Below the pieces are notes generated by a model, which saw nothing but the letters and a program-made list of their open reading frames with translations, was not told where the DNA came from and made no database searches. DNA of 64,000 nucleotides, taken from NCBI GenBank assembly GCA_030141605.1, contig JAQGDQ010000007.1, forward strand, positions 124,001 to 188,000, given 5' to 3'. Of the stretch, positions 14,570 through 28,467 are shown one piece after another (the stretch's first letter is position 1; each line of letters begins with the position of its first letter). The position numbers were made by a program, and so were the translations under genes. Source of the DNA: Tubiluchus corallicola. Lineage: Eukaryota > Animalia > Priapulida.

Positions 14570-16936
14570 CGCTGTGAACTTGTGATATGATTGCAGACTT
14601 CTAAATGTAGTTGTAAACGATTTTAATGAGAAACTTGAAATTGTGAGTTGTGATTTATCGTTTATTTGTGTCATTATAGTTGGTTGTGACTTCTACGAGA
14701 AAGTAACAGTAATGTGTTGCACTTTGCTGCTAACGGCTTCTACTAAGATATCAGAGTAAGACTTAAAGGAACTGGCGACTTTGTTAGCTTTACAAAAAAA
14801 TTCACTATAAGTTAAATATGTTTCTTATAACAGTACAATGTGGCCTAAACTCTCGTTTTTAAGAATTAATTTTATTCTCTTACCATAGCTATAAGTTCTA
14901 TACCTTGCTTTTATAGCTTACTGAATTGACTGCTGTAAATGTACTTAACTGAACCATCAACTAACTTTTTATATGCACGTATAAGTGTCACATACAGGTA
15001 CATTTGCATTAGTTGGCATGGCAGTATCGATAATTAACTTATGTGTATGATTATTATGTGTAATTACTATGTAAGTTTTACATTTTTAGATGTGTAGAAA
15101 GTGGACAATTGTGTATGTGATTCTTCTGTAAATAGTGATTTGTAACATACATAATTGTATTTTGATTAAGCTATCAGTGGTTAATAGATGAATTAGTTTC
15201 TTATTAGTTTTCTATGTGGCTGTACGAATGATGCCATACAAACAGCAAAAAAACTTACTTTCTGTAATATTATTTTCGTATCACTTGCCAAAATCTAAAT
15301 CAATTTAACAGAAGGTTGTTTGTATACCACATTATTTACCTAGTTTTAAATTACATTAAATTAATCTTTCACCTTTTTGTCTAACTGGTATTAAGAAATT
15401 AAGTTAAACACGTTTGTAATCATGATGCATTTTTGGTTGGTAAAATTTTTTCTTTTATTCAGGTATTTAAAAATTGTTATATTAAGCAGCTGAATTCAGT
15501 TTCCAAAATCTAAGCATACATCAGCCGCTAACTTCGGTTGGCGAGAAATAAACATACATTACCTTTAAAGTTCCAATAGTCTAAAGCCTTCATTCTATTG
15601 ATCATGTCATTTTGTTAGTTCATTGAGTTTTCTTCTAGGGGAGCTTAATGTCTGCTTTAGTGCTTTGCAACAAATCATTTTAAAATATAAACTAGTATGT
15701 AATAAGAAGATATCACTTGCTTATTTTGTTTTGTCTGCTCAACTGCCCGTGTAATTATGTCGTTTAAAACCATTTATCCTATAAAAAGCCACACCAAAAC
15801 ACAAAATAAGAGAAACAACAAAAAATATTTTGAATAATGCTGGAACTGCATGAAATGACAAACAGTAATGCGCGAGTATTCTAGATGATCTTTGCTTACG
15901 ACTTCCAAAATGATGATAGTAAACAATAAATTGATTGTTAACGAATCAGCTATTTTTTCATCAGCATTTAATTTAGAGTGTTATTATTTTTTGGTTAAAA
16001 TTAATCCAAATTTTTCCAAAAATTTTGAATATGCATTATTTGCCTCACAGTGAGTAAATGGCAGAATTTTGTGTTTCATGAACTACAACAACATAGAGAT
16101 TTCACGGCAAAAAAGATCTGTTTATTAGAACTACATTACAAGCAGGTTACCCAAAAATTCCTAGTCATTTGTTGCCATATGCCATTACTTTTGCAGGCAA
16201 AAGGTTTATTAAAATTATTACTGGACTAACTATAAATTTTCATAACTATGTTTTTAAGATTTATGAATGACAAGCCATATACTGCCGCCTTAAGTGTTCA
16301 CTAAAATTCTTTGACTTATAGTGTTTATAAACTTTATATAAGGAAGTTATGTTATCATAATTGCACTCTTACTCTGTCGATCAAAATTGATCTTGGATAG
16401 TTTGCAATAGATAGCTAGCAATAGACGAGAGTTACTGCCACATATTCATTATTGGCAATGTTATCACCAATTGACTGTTTTAATTATTTAGTAGCTTAAC
16501 TCAACTAGCTACATGTGCATACCAGAAATTGCGCTGAACGTTTAGTCTAGCACTGCATGTTATAAGTTACAAATGATTTGCTGTTAACTGGTGTTAAGGC
16601 AAAGTTGAGCATTTCTGGAAACTGGACATTTTAAGTTCTAAGAAAAACAATTTCTACTTAGAATTATTAATTTTTGTAATCCCATGCTAATTTTTGGTTA
16701 TTGTTAACTTTCTTATTTGCTTTATGTTTATCATAACTGTTGTTTTAGTATTTTTGTAGAAATAGTTTTGGATTTGTAATTATGAGACTGTAGTATATTT
16801 TAATGACTGTATAGAAGTGTCATCTAGTGACATGACAAGGATCCTATAATTTTTTCATCCCAGAACATGTCTCCAAGAATCTGATCTCTTAAATTTCTTC
16901 TGTAATTTTATAGATAATTTAACATTCCGTGGAAGG

Positions 16937-16942
16937 AATAAA
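16937..16942 (+). terminator. Candidate GSE1 polyadenylation signal (3' UTR about 2.4 kb)
   Basis: AATAAA followed by ATTAAA and a GT/T-rich downstream element near 16980-17010. Other AATAAA copies also occur in the UTR. Confidence 0.4.
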
Positions 16943-17824
16943 ATTAAAGTGTAAATACTTTGCCGCTCAGTTAATATAATGTGTTCTCGTTCTTTTAGTT
17001 GTGCTTTTCTCTTGAAATAAATCATGAAAACAATAAAAACAGCTATATATAGTAGTGGAAAAATACAGAGATTCCATGAATGGGCTTATGCAGTGCTAAT
17101 TTTAGTTGCAGGAAAGGAAATGTGATTTTTAGAAAAGAAGACAGCTTCAAGATTAGATCCCAATTACAAGACCAGAACACCATTCGAGGCAAAGCTAATA
17201 AACTAATCAGCACTGTGATGTCGTGAAAGAATGCAAACTCCATTTTGACAAACAAAAAATATTAACTGCAGTTCAAGGCCAATTCAAGCCCCTTTTTGAG
17301 CAATAACACCTTGCAATCAAGAGTTACCTAGTGGGGCACTTTGTAGTAAGTACTGACAGAGTGATAGTATAGACAGTAAACTTAAAAAGTATCTGTAAAA
17401 CTCATACTGTCGTATTGATTATGAACAGCTTTTCTTGTGTAATCGTTAACAGTTAAACCCTACATTTCACTGTTGTACATAAATATGCTGATAATGTATG
17501 CATTAAATAATCGAAGTCTTTGCTAGTTAATACATCTTGCCCTGGAAAAGATAGCGATTTTCTTCAGATTTCCCATATTGACTACGCGACTTGAAACTCA
17601 GCGTTTGGGTTTGTTACTTTGTGTAGGACGAGAAATAGCCGGAGTTGTATTTCCAGAAGAAGTGCGGTACGTGGATTGCTGAAGTCGCGCACTGAGTTTT
17701 ATTATACGCAAAATTATATTAGGCCTTTGCTAGGTGACCTCGTGGTCTTTCGCTACCCCGTCTTAATGTAGTATTATTCATACTTAAATGTTGGATATTG
17801 TTATGCTTTGCTGTTAACAGGACA

Positions 17825-18208
17825 AACTACAAAGGGCGCTCTATTAGAATCTATGTCCCGCTCAATTTTTGTCGATTTCGATGGCGCATTATGACGAACC
17901 GCGCTGCGCTTACGATAGGATGATTGGTCAGCGCGTGAGTTTTAGTCAAGGGGTGAATTGAACGAACATATAGCAAGTGAATTTAGTTAAAATAATTATA
18001 TGGCAATTAATTTTAGGTCATTTTAGCCAACAATTTATTTATTCAGTCAGATGAACTAACGTGCACAAAATTGTATACACAAAGTATTGACGAGCAGTCG
18101 TGAGAGTAGCGCGGATCGTCGTAATACGCCAAGCAATCGTATCAAATAAGTGATTGCTCGGCGAAAATCGAGTGGGACCTGGATTCTAATAGAGTGCCCT
18201 TCGAAGTT
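17825..18208. mobile_element. MITE with long inverted arms in the 5' region of ECI2
   Basis: aagggcgctctattagaatctatgtcccgctcaatttttgtcga versus reverse complement aagggcactctattagaatccaggtcccactcgattttcgccga; a second arm block tggcgcattatgacgaaccgcgct / tggcgtattacgacgatccgcgct. Confidence 0.8.
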
Positions 18209-18707
18209 CATAAACATTGGTAAGGTTGATAATTATTGAATTCAAGTCCATTTTCTGAAAGAGGAACTATTTTCGACTAAGTGGAAGATATTTTATAAAC
18301 CCAGCAATTAAGGCTGTGCAGAATCCAAAAAAAATTAATGATTAATTACCGAACAGAATTAAAATCAAGCCGAAACCACAGTAGGTCCCACCGAAACTTA
18401 GCTGAAACTGCCAGATGCTTACAAGCAGCAATTAAACAAAGTCAAAGCAGAAATCATAAATGTAATACTAATAAGAATGTATTGAAAAGTCACCTATATT
18501 TCGACACATCATACGAATTACATGCAGTTAGACAAAATTACATTAGACTGATCTGATTTGAGGATTGATAGCTAAATGTGGAATTTCTTACTTTTTATAA
18601 TAATTATCATTTCAAAAAAAATTAATGGCATGTATAAAATATAATCACTGATTTTTATATTTGCAGATTTTTTTTAAAAAAAACTTGTGCTTAGAAGTTG
18701 TTCTGGA

Positions 18708-21700
18708 ATGTTAAGCTGCATTGGCAAGTCAAGTGGACTGACTCCTAACGTTTTGAAAACTGTACTTAAGGTTATTATTATTCCATACATTTTTTATTTT
18801 TTTATTATCATCGCTAGTGATTTTAAACAAATAAGATATAAAGTAACCTACTTGGAAATTATTGAGTCCATTTGCATTTACCCAGAAGTTGTTTCATTAT
18901 TTTTTCGAATGACATTCCAACTTTTTCAAACTTATGCGGTTATGCTGGCTAGTTATAATTGTTCTTTAATATGATCTGAATCTGTCTCAGCTCTTATACA
19001 ACATTATTAATTTATTGTAATTGACTCAGTGCTAAGACATTCTTCAGAAACACGTATACTTTGCAGTTTATAAGCTTTTTTATTTCCCGTACAGATCACT
19101 TAACCCTTTCATTGTTACAGAGTGCAGACATGTTAGCACTTAACTGTACGGCAGCACAACAACACCACCATGGTACAGCACCAACCAAGTACAAAACACT
19201 TGATGTACTGATTGACAAAGGAATATACAGACTTAAGTTTAACAGACCGGAGAAAAAGAATGCTGTGAACATGGAAATGTATGAAGAAATTCCTGCAGCG
19301 CTAAAAGAAGCTGGAGATGATGAGAATGTTATGATTTGCTACATAACAGGTACGACATCTTGTTCATGTCTTTTTTGAACTAAGGTGGTTCAAAAATTGT
19401 GCTGAATTAATGTTCCGTAGATGGGTGGCAAGAAGGAAACTAAAAGTTGTAATATGTAATATTGAAAAAAGTTTTTTTTCATAATCTATTCATTTAAGGC
19501 AGGTTGTCAGTAACTTGGCGGGCAATAAAATGAACTATGTGGGAGTCCTGTAGCCAGATTTAGTTTATAAAGCTTCCTGGTTCCTAATGGTGCAAAGTGA
19601 AAACTGCCCATATATTTTTGAGTAGTTATAAGCTTCATTGGAAGGTGAAAATGAAGTGTGATGTCACGGCAGTCAGAATTTTGGGCGAACTTACATTTTG
19701 TTCAGCTTTAAGAATGGAAAGTACATTTAAGTGGCTATAATTTGGTGTATGTTGTATAAATGTTATGTAATACAGTGGCCGCCGCTTATTGTGGACACCT
19801 CGGGCCAGCAGTGTATGTCCATATTAAGCGGCTGTCCATATTAAGCGAAGTGACCCATGAAGACCCTTCCCCTTCATTAAAAAAGGCAAAAAACTGTCTG
19901 TATCAACTCGTCTCCTGTTTTATTGAAAAAAAGAAGTCCGACGAGTTTGTTTGGCAGGAAACTTTTCTCTCAACCTTGAACGGAAGGAAGTTATCACAGT
20001 TTCGAAGCTCTCAAGGCCACGGCAAACGGCGAACTGACTGATGCAATGACTCACACAGGCAGCAGAGCGGGAAGCTCTTTTCAATCACGCGTGCAGGCCG
20101 TGGTTGGCACGGCTGGTTCACGTTATATGACCTTACGTTATAGGTTCGCTGTCCATATTAAGCGGCGGTTGTCCATATTAACCGGCGGATTTTATTAGGG
20201 GAAAATTCCGTCCCTCGCGAGTTGTCCACAATAACCGGCTGTCCACAATAACCGTGTCCATAATAAGCGGCGGCCACTGTACTTAGTGTTTCTGTCGGGT
20301 ATCCAAGTAATTACCCGAACCTAGTATTTTTACCCGGTTCATCAATGAAAATGCTGACATTAAATTTTGTAATATGATATCCATTGTTAGAGAACTTGAA
20401 CTTTAAATGCCACCTTCTACTGTAGGTACCTACTAGCAGACTATTAACTGCTATGTTGGCAGCATGCCAGAATAACAGCTAGTTGGGAGATGGCAGGTCA
20501 AACCATTTTTGCCATAGGGGTGACTTGCAAGTGCAAACTATGATTTCTTTACCAAGAGGTTAATTATCCAAATGAAATTGTTTATTAACCTTTAAAAACT
20601 TATTTCAGGCTACTAGCAAAGATATGGAAAAACAAAAAGGATAATACAGGTTATTTTATTCCCTTAATCCCTATGCTGTATTAATAATTTCAGGCTACTA
20701 ACAACGACATGAATAAACGAACTGTTTAGTTTAACAGCACACAAAAAGGATAATACCAGTTATTTTATTCCTGTAATCCCTACTCTGTATTAATAGTGCT
20801 CAGTGCGGTACTATCTAGGCTGATGTAGCTGACTCATTGATAAAGCGTGCAATTAAGTAATTGAGAAGTGTGGCAGATAAAAATCAGTCATATCCCTTTT
20901 GGAGCAAACACAAACTTTCGCGACTTACAGCTCCTTTTTTCAGGCTCTCAGGGTATAATAAATGAGTGCTTGTTGTTGATGTAACAGTGCAGTTAGTTGA
21001 AATGCACTAGTGATTGTTTTTATTTGTGAATATGAATGATTGCAGTTTCTTCGCTGCCGCTGAATTTTTTTCATTGAGGTACCTGAGTCTAATTTTGCTA
21101 GCCCTGCAAAAACTAGTATTCATAACTTCTACACTAAGCTATTTAATAATTTTAATTATTCTGTCTTAGGAGCTGGTGATTACTACAGCAGTGGGAATGA
21201 TTTGAGCAATTTTGTCAAATATCAGACTGACAACCCGGCTGATTTAGCCAAGCGTTCTAGAGATATTCTTGGGTAAATTTTTTAAGGTTGTTTGAGAAAA
21301 TAGTAGTATGACCTATCAGATATCTGCACTTGTTTAGAAATAAAGATGAGCACTCTTTAAGCTAATTTAAAATGAGTTTAAACATACCAACTGCTGTTAA
21401 GCAGTATCTAAAAAAATTGATATTTGCACCGATTGCAAATTTTCTAGAACTGAGCTCAAGCAAACCTACAGTCACAACAGAAACTAAGCTGAGACGATGT
21501 AGGTGTGCTTATTTACACTCATTCTCACATACACTGAGAACATTGTAAAACAAATAGCATTACAACAGCAGCACAGCAAACAAACAACAGGGCTGATGAT
21601 AAGTTAGAAAATTAGGGTCCAGTTAGAAAATTGCTAGTGGGGTTTTCTACCCCACAAATGCTGCAAAACAGCATAAACGCTTTTGACATATATAACAAGC

Positions 21701-24700
21701 AGCACAACTTTATATTCCAAGCTTTGTGTTAGGTAATCTCATTTAACAGTGTTCTTTCTGTGTTGAGGGTTTGAATATCGTACATAAAATTAAAATCCAA
21801 TGACGATTTAACTAATGCATATAGGATTCCCCAATTACCTTTTTTAGAAAAGTAAATAGCAATGATCAACTGAAATTGTTAAACAAATAACCAAACGATC
21901 AGAAAAGACAAGTGAAACATGAATGAATGATATACGAGAATAGGCTTGATAGTTTCACTGCCTTCACTGTGTGCACATTGGACACTCATTAATTCTCACA
22001 GCATCCTCTGCTTGATCATGTACAAGGGGTTCCCTCTTAGTGTGGGGCCCAATTTAAACAAATCTGTCCTATTGACTTAAAACTAACCCTGATTACAAGA
22101 TGCCAGATTACACCATATAAAACTTTTACTATCATGTTGTCTACTATATGCAGCCATTTAACTGTCATTTCTGTATTAAAAAACTAAAGTGAGTTGCGTT
22201 GATATGTTTACATTTTGTGAAATATAGCTGAAAAATAGTAGTGCGCAAATCATCTGATATGTGAAAACAAATTTCATTATTTTGCATATAAGCTTAGTTA
22301 TGGTTAATTTTTTGATCTATTTACCTAATTTAACAAATTGTTTTAATTATACAATTTGGTATTTTTTCAAGCATATTTCAAAACTCACAGACCTTCCTTT
22401 TATAAAACTGGGGTGTTTATAACATTTTCTGGGTGCATTTCCTTGTGTATTTTGGAAATTTGATGTGGAATTCTTGCCATACCATTACACTTGTGCCTAA
22501 CAGATGAAAAACACTAACAATTTTGTCATTTCATCTAAAGAATATAATTTCCTTCTTTTAGGAAATTTGTAGCAGCAATTATTGATTTTCCAAAACCTCT
22601 CATAGCTGGCCTCAATGGACCTGCACTAGGGATAGCAGCTACACCATTGGGATTATTTGATACTGTCTATGCCTCAGACAGGGTATGTTGATATGTCAGT
22701 TCACTCATCTGTAATACATGCATGTGGTGATGGGACATCTCACTTGAAGGTATGTGCCAATAAGGATTTCGTTGTTCTACAATCATGTTGTAGAGAATTA
22801 TCCTGTAGCTGTTGCCTTTCTTAATCTTAACAGGAAAATCTATCTTTCATACCATGTAGACAGGTGTGTAAAGCCGCTATAACAAGATAGCTCTGGTCTT
22901 GGGCAAAACTTTACTTGATATATGTAAATAATATATGAACATAATCTTTAAAGTGACTAGGTTTGCTAATCCTAAATCTTCATGCCACGAGCGTTAAGGC
23001 TGATGGTACTACAGGGGTCAGAACATGGAGACCTGGGATCAACCATGGAATTTTAGCATTAATAAATAATTCAGAACTCACCAGTGTGATTTTGGCTTTG
23101 AAACACACTTCCGATTTTCTTTATGTTATCAACCCTCTCAGTGACAGTAATGTAAATAAGAAAACAAAAACAGTGAAATAAAGTTTGCATACTTATTTAA
23201 ACGACAATAAACGATATGCCAATCAGCAAATATCAAAAATGCAATCAGGTTACCGTAAAAAAGGGGAGCTGTCCCACACAGAGTTTTCAGATCAGTAAAA
23301 CTTCTGCACTTGAATGCAACATTAAAGAATCAGTTCCAGTTGTCAGAGATACACAGATAGTTGTCAACAAGAACACAGTCAGGTGTGAACTCAGCATTCA
23401 GCAACACATGACATGAATAGCATATTTATGAAGACTACTTAGTTTAGCCATTGCCACCATTAGTTCCTAAGTTGAACTCCAGAGGTATACTTGTCGCTTA
23501 AGGCAACAGAGGGTATGCATACCTGACTTCTTGTAAGCAATGTAAAGGTACCTCACCAAACATTGTCCATTCATACAGTGACAAACCTCAGTGGTTGCAC
23601 TATCCCACATTGTAGAGTCCAGCTAAGAATACCAGCATCCAAAATACAACACAACCAAAGCATGTGGCAGGCTCTGTCAAGACTGGGATAACATGAATCA
23701 CTACTAAAAGCCAACACATGTTAGTCCATTCTTCAACAATCACAAAGTTGTAGCTCTATCGTAAGCTTGTAACAGTAGCCAGCAGATGTCAGCAGCCAGC
23801 AGGGCAGGAACAGCTAATAGTTTACATATTTCTATAAGCTAGTCATTATGCCAAAAATAATGCATAAGTAATTATCAGCTTGTTACAGCCGCATTGTGGA
23901 GCAAGTGCAAGCAAATTCCCTGTACGTAATAGTGTATTGCTGTGAAATAATAATAGCATATAACGTTTGCATTAGCAGAATTAGTATTTGTTTACTACTG
24001 TACAAAAGGGTCTTAAGATTGTGCAAGTCACTGGATAACTAATGTTCCTTCTTGCAATAGATCATTTTAATCTAAACAGATATACTGTGGAGAACATATT
24101 TACCCTATAGTTAGTTTTCTTATAAATTTTTTAGTTTTGGATCCATTACAACGATAACTTGTGCTTTTTGTGTGAATAGATTGAGGGTGCTGCCTTAACA
24201 ATACTTGTGCATGGACAGTCTATGCGCACAAATTTCCAATTTCAGCTAAAGACTTAAAAATCTGTTTTTGGTTTTCGTTTATTTGAATATGCATGTAAAA
24301 GGATCTTCGATAAATAAAATGTGTTGTTTATTTTCAGGCTACGATGCACTGTCCATTTAGTGCACTGGGACAAAGTCCAGAAGGTTGTTCTTCTTACACG
24401 TTTCCGAGGATTATGGGACAGGCAAAAGTGAGTGTAGTGCAGGTGTTCAACGTACTTTGATCCGTGTCATGTACACTTTGTGCATAACATAAGACTGATA
24501 AGCCAAATTCATACTTCATCATTGATATGCCATACGTTTTTGCTTTCACACTAAAGTCAAAGGTACCGAGCATGATATGACGTCTCAGTTATGACATTAA
24601 TTTCTCGCTCATGAAATCGAAACGAATGTCAGTGCAGTGTTGCAACTAATTTCAAATGTACTGAATTGGTACTGAATGCTTAGTGCTAGCACTGGCATGT

Positions 24701-26487
24701 TCTTTATTGCCGTTATTTACTGTCTCAACTGTCTTTTCAATAGCTAAAAAGAGTTTATACTAGGTCTTTTCTGCACTGTACCGTGAATGCTGACTAATAG
24801 ATGTTCACCAACTCCGCTGCCATAATAACCCTTAATTTATAATGCAGTTAAGTTAGGTGTTGCTAACCCTGCATAGTAAAGGGATAGGTGCCTGCAAAAA
24901 AACAGTTCTAGTTTGGTTTCATGATTCGTGTCTCTCATTGGAGGATGTAAGGACATTTGTACAACCAAACGTGACCTCAGTGTCTCATATTAGAGGATTA
25001 TTCTTTATTCTGTTCCTGTCCACAAGCCATTCACTAGACAGCCCTTGACCACTTGGCTACTAGATTTAGGCTTGCAGTGTGCTGAACTTTAGTGATGCAA
25101 CTTAATATTGGCACAATATTTGTAGTGGTTCACTCTGTAATAATATATAATAATTCATCATTTATACAGCGCATAACGTCGAGCGATCTCGATGCTCTTT
25201 GCAATTAAAGGGCTACTGTAAGTTACTATATATACATCTACAGTCATTATATAATTACTTTTCTAAAATCATTATAAAATTATCCTGATTTTCTGATTAC
25301 AAATGGTGCTATACAAACTACTTGCTGTATCGACAACAGTAAGATCTTACTTCTAATTTACTTGAGGGAAGTCTTCTTTAGCCTTTTCAGAACATCTTAT
25401 ATGCCATTTTAATAAATTTTTGACTTGTTCACCTAGTCAGTTTATTAAGAAATCATTTTTATTCTTTTTTTTCTTTTCCAGGCTTCGGAATTGCTGTTAT
25501 TTAATAAGAAAATCACTGCAGCACAAGCATACGAACTCGGACTTGTAACTGAAGTCTTTCCACATGATCGCTTTCGTAGTGAAGTTGAATGCCGGCTTCA
25601 ACGCTACAGCCAATTTCCGAAACAGGTTACTTAATCGATGAAAAATTTGGTGCTCCCTACACTGTACCACAATAACTCAGTTTTAAACTAAGCAAAATGT
25701 ATTTATAAGTGAGATCTATTAAAAAGAATAGACAAACTGCTTTTGGTGTGTTAAGCAGAAAAGACAGTGGAATAGAATACTACTTGTGGTGTATTGGAAG
25801 AAGAAATCTGAACAGTGATCAGATTTGCAAAAAAATCATATCACAAATTGTTTGATTGTTTGTCTGAAATTACATCTAACACACTAAATTAAGTTTAATA
25901 TACTGCTTAAAATGAAAAACAGGAACTTGAATGTCATTACTGAATGCCTTTGTTGAACATATTTTATCACAAACTTATGGAACCAGTGTAAGAAGTCAGT
26001 TCCTTCACTGTGCAAATTTTCTGTAAAATGAAAAGATCGGCAATTTTTCATCTCTTGGCTCACACATGAATTTAATATCCAAATAACAAAGCTAATGTAA
26101 AAATAAGTGTACAAAACTTTCATTTGTGTTTTGTCAGTTTATTTTCTTCAAAGGGTGGTTGAATTATGAAACGTCCCAATAAGGGCAGCGGTGTTAACAT
26201 TGACTATTCCTAACTGCCAGTCTCGCAAAACATAATGCAAAATATATTCCTGTGTTGTACGCATACAGTATGTAACACTGATGAAGTTAGTTTTTCATAC
26301 AAAGATAACCGTATTGTGTTTTTTCTTGCAGTCAATGATTTTATCCAAGCGACTGATTCGCGGTTTTGATAAAGAAACACTTCACAAAGTAAACAAGGAA
26401 GAGTGTCAACTGCTAGAGCAGCTATGGCAGTCAGAGGAGTGCATGAATGCAATCGTCGATTTTTTCGCTAGAAAGTCCAAATTGTAG
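18708..26487 (+). CDS. ECI2: Enoyl-CoA delta isomerase 2-type crotonase (no ACBP domain, PTS1 SKL); exons 18708-18770, 19121-19349, 21170-21272, 22562-22682, 24338-24427, 25482-25625, 26332-26487 (301 aa)
   Basis: Spliced frame gives FNRPEKKNA...[16 protein letters not shown]...[18 protein letters not shown]...[22 protein letters not shown]...FFARKSKL*, all ECI2/PECI hallmarks. The first exon (weak donor aag|gttatt) is less certain. Confidence 0.93.
19773..20279. mobile_element. Young Tigger/pogo (Tc1/mariner superfamily) MITE
   Basis: 26-bp TIRs CAGTGGCCGCCGCTTATTRTGGACAC with one mismatch; TA on both flanks; repeated GTCCAYAWTAASCG subterminal motifs. Confidence 0.93.
20603..20796. repeat. 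Imperfect tandem duplication (about 85-105 bp unit)
   Basis: ttcaggctacta...caaaaggataata...gttattttattcc...aatccctaN..tgtattaata occurs twice. Confidence 0.8.
21588..22091. mobile_element. Degenerate hAT-like non-autonomous element
   Basis: Ends CAGGGCTGAT... and ...AACTAACCCTG with a subterminal GGGGCCC; target-site duplication not clear. Confidence 0.4.
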
Positions 26488-27388
26488 CTTCCTTGCAGTC
26501 AAATTATAAAACTCAAACCTTTCAAGTACGGGACCATTTGTGAGTGGAAATTCATTTACATGCATGCTTACAGACATGCATGCATTGTACTAACTTTTCA
26601 TTTATGTTGTGGCTGATCTGAAAGGGAATCATTTAGCAAGATATAATTGCTACTTGCGCAAGCCAATTGTTTATTGACTTCTTTATTGACAAAAACTTGT
26701 ATATAATGAACGTTAATTATTAAGATTTTGTATAAGAGTAAATTTGGTAAAACAAAACATAAGCCTTTGCTTAAACATTAAACTCTGTCGATTTCTTTCC
26801 TTTAGAGTTGCCAATCACTATATGTCCTAAAAAATATTGTATGGTTAGGATAACCAACCATAGTCTTTTTCTGCTGAGTGTAAGAATTTTATTGACTAGA
26901 GTATTAAAAAATTATTTTTCAAAAATAGCAAAAGAAACTATAACATGACCAGCTTTGGTCAATGTAAAACAAGACAAGGTGACAGCTCTTCAACTTCAAC
27001 TAATTCTATTGAAACACATTTTATTTTGGTAAGTGGTTTAAACGACACAAATGCTGAATTTGTAACTAAGTTCTATTAAATACAGGGATAGTTTTGGTTA
27101 CACCTAAGATCTATGCTGTTTCTTATTTAACAGTGAAGTTTGCATGTTCTGTAATGCTGAGTATACTGTGTTCACTATGCATAAAAAACTACCTACCAAT
27201 CCATTTGTTTTAATGTTACTTTAACCAAACATGTGCAGTTAGTCATAAGTGAATAACAATATGTATGATATTTGTTTCTGTCCTTATTCGATCACCCAGC
27301 CACTGAGCAACTGAAACCTTTTTTTATACTAACATAATAATTAGCAAATATCGCTAGATTAGTATTTACATATTTGCAACTACTAGTC

Positions 27389-27870
27389 CTTGGGTTCCCA
27401 ACCTTGGGGTCGCGACCCCAGGTCGGTATCGAAGCACTTTTCGTGGGGTCGTGGCCTAGTCCAAAAACTGTTTTTAAAAAATGCTATTTTCGTGAAAAGT
27501 ATTTAAGTTGGTCTTGTTTCCTCAGTCTCTCATTACTTGGTTTTTCCCGCTCTTGGAAAATGAAAATGCACGCTGTAAACTTGTGTATCGTGTACACTGC
27601 TCAGAAGAGTGTCGCTATTCATTTTACGTCAGATCTCCTTGGTTACCTATTACATTGCAATACTGGTAGCTGAGAAACAGGCGCAACCATCACATTAATG
27701 AATTAATGAAACAATTGTTCAATAATTTGATGAATAGTAAGTGAATGTTAATAAATACAAACAATAATCATGATTAATAGTATAACATGTGATTATGTTC
27801 TTCGTGGGGTCACGATATGATGCAGGGTTTTGGAAAGGGGTCACCGTCAATATAAGTTTGGGAACCACTG
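27389..27870 (+). mobile_element. hAT (Charlie-like) MITE
   Basis: Left cttgggttcccaaccttggggtcgcgacccc; right ttgggaaccactg (reverse complement of CAGTGGTTCCCAA); flanks tactagtc / taactagtc. A second copy lies at 48247-48391. Confidence 0.85.
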
Positions 27871-28467
27871 TAACTAGTCCAAATTTATTTGTTTTTCTGT
27901 TATTATTCAAATAGCAGCATAATTCAGGAATATTTTATCTGTGATATTTTAATTTACTCAAATTTTATCTACTAAATGAAAAAATCTAGTCCTTTAGGCA
28001 CAAGATTTCCTGTTAATTGTGTAACACACTGTCTTTTTTGAACTCTTCTCTTGGTTTAAAATGATATGGTATTATGCCTTTCTATAATGGGAAATCAAAA
28101 ATGACAATTTTGATGCTCTTAAACCATAAATTGATTTCATTTTTACCACTGTACTGAGTACTACATTAGAAGAGCACTTGTGCATTTCTGCAATGTTAAT
28201 CATAAAATACTTTGGGAACTAAGCCATACCAATATCAGGCTACATTTTGACAGTACTATTTTCAGTTTGCAGACTAATAGAAATGAAAACTGAATGACGA
28301 TGTTCAATAAATCTTTTTCAGTAAAAATGGCTTAGAAAAGGCCTTAATGGAAATGACATCTAAATTACACAATACAAAAAATTCAATGGTTTTCTGGCTT
28401 TCCTTGTTACTGAGTGTCAGAAGAATACTCGTCACAATTGCTGGAGCTCAGCAATATAGCAAACATG

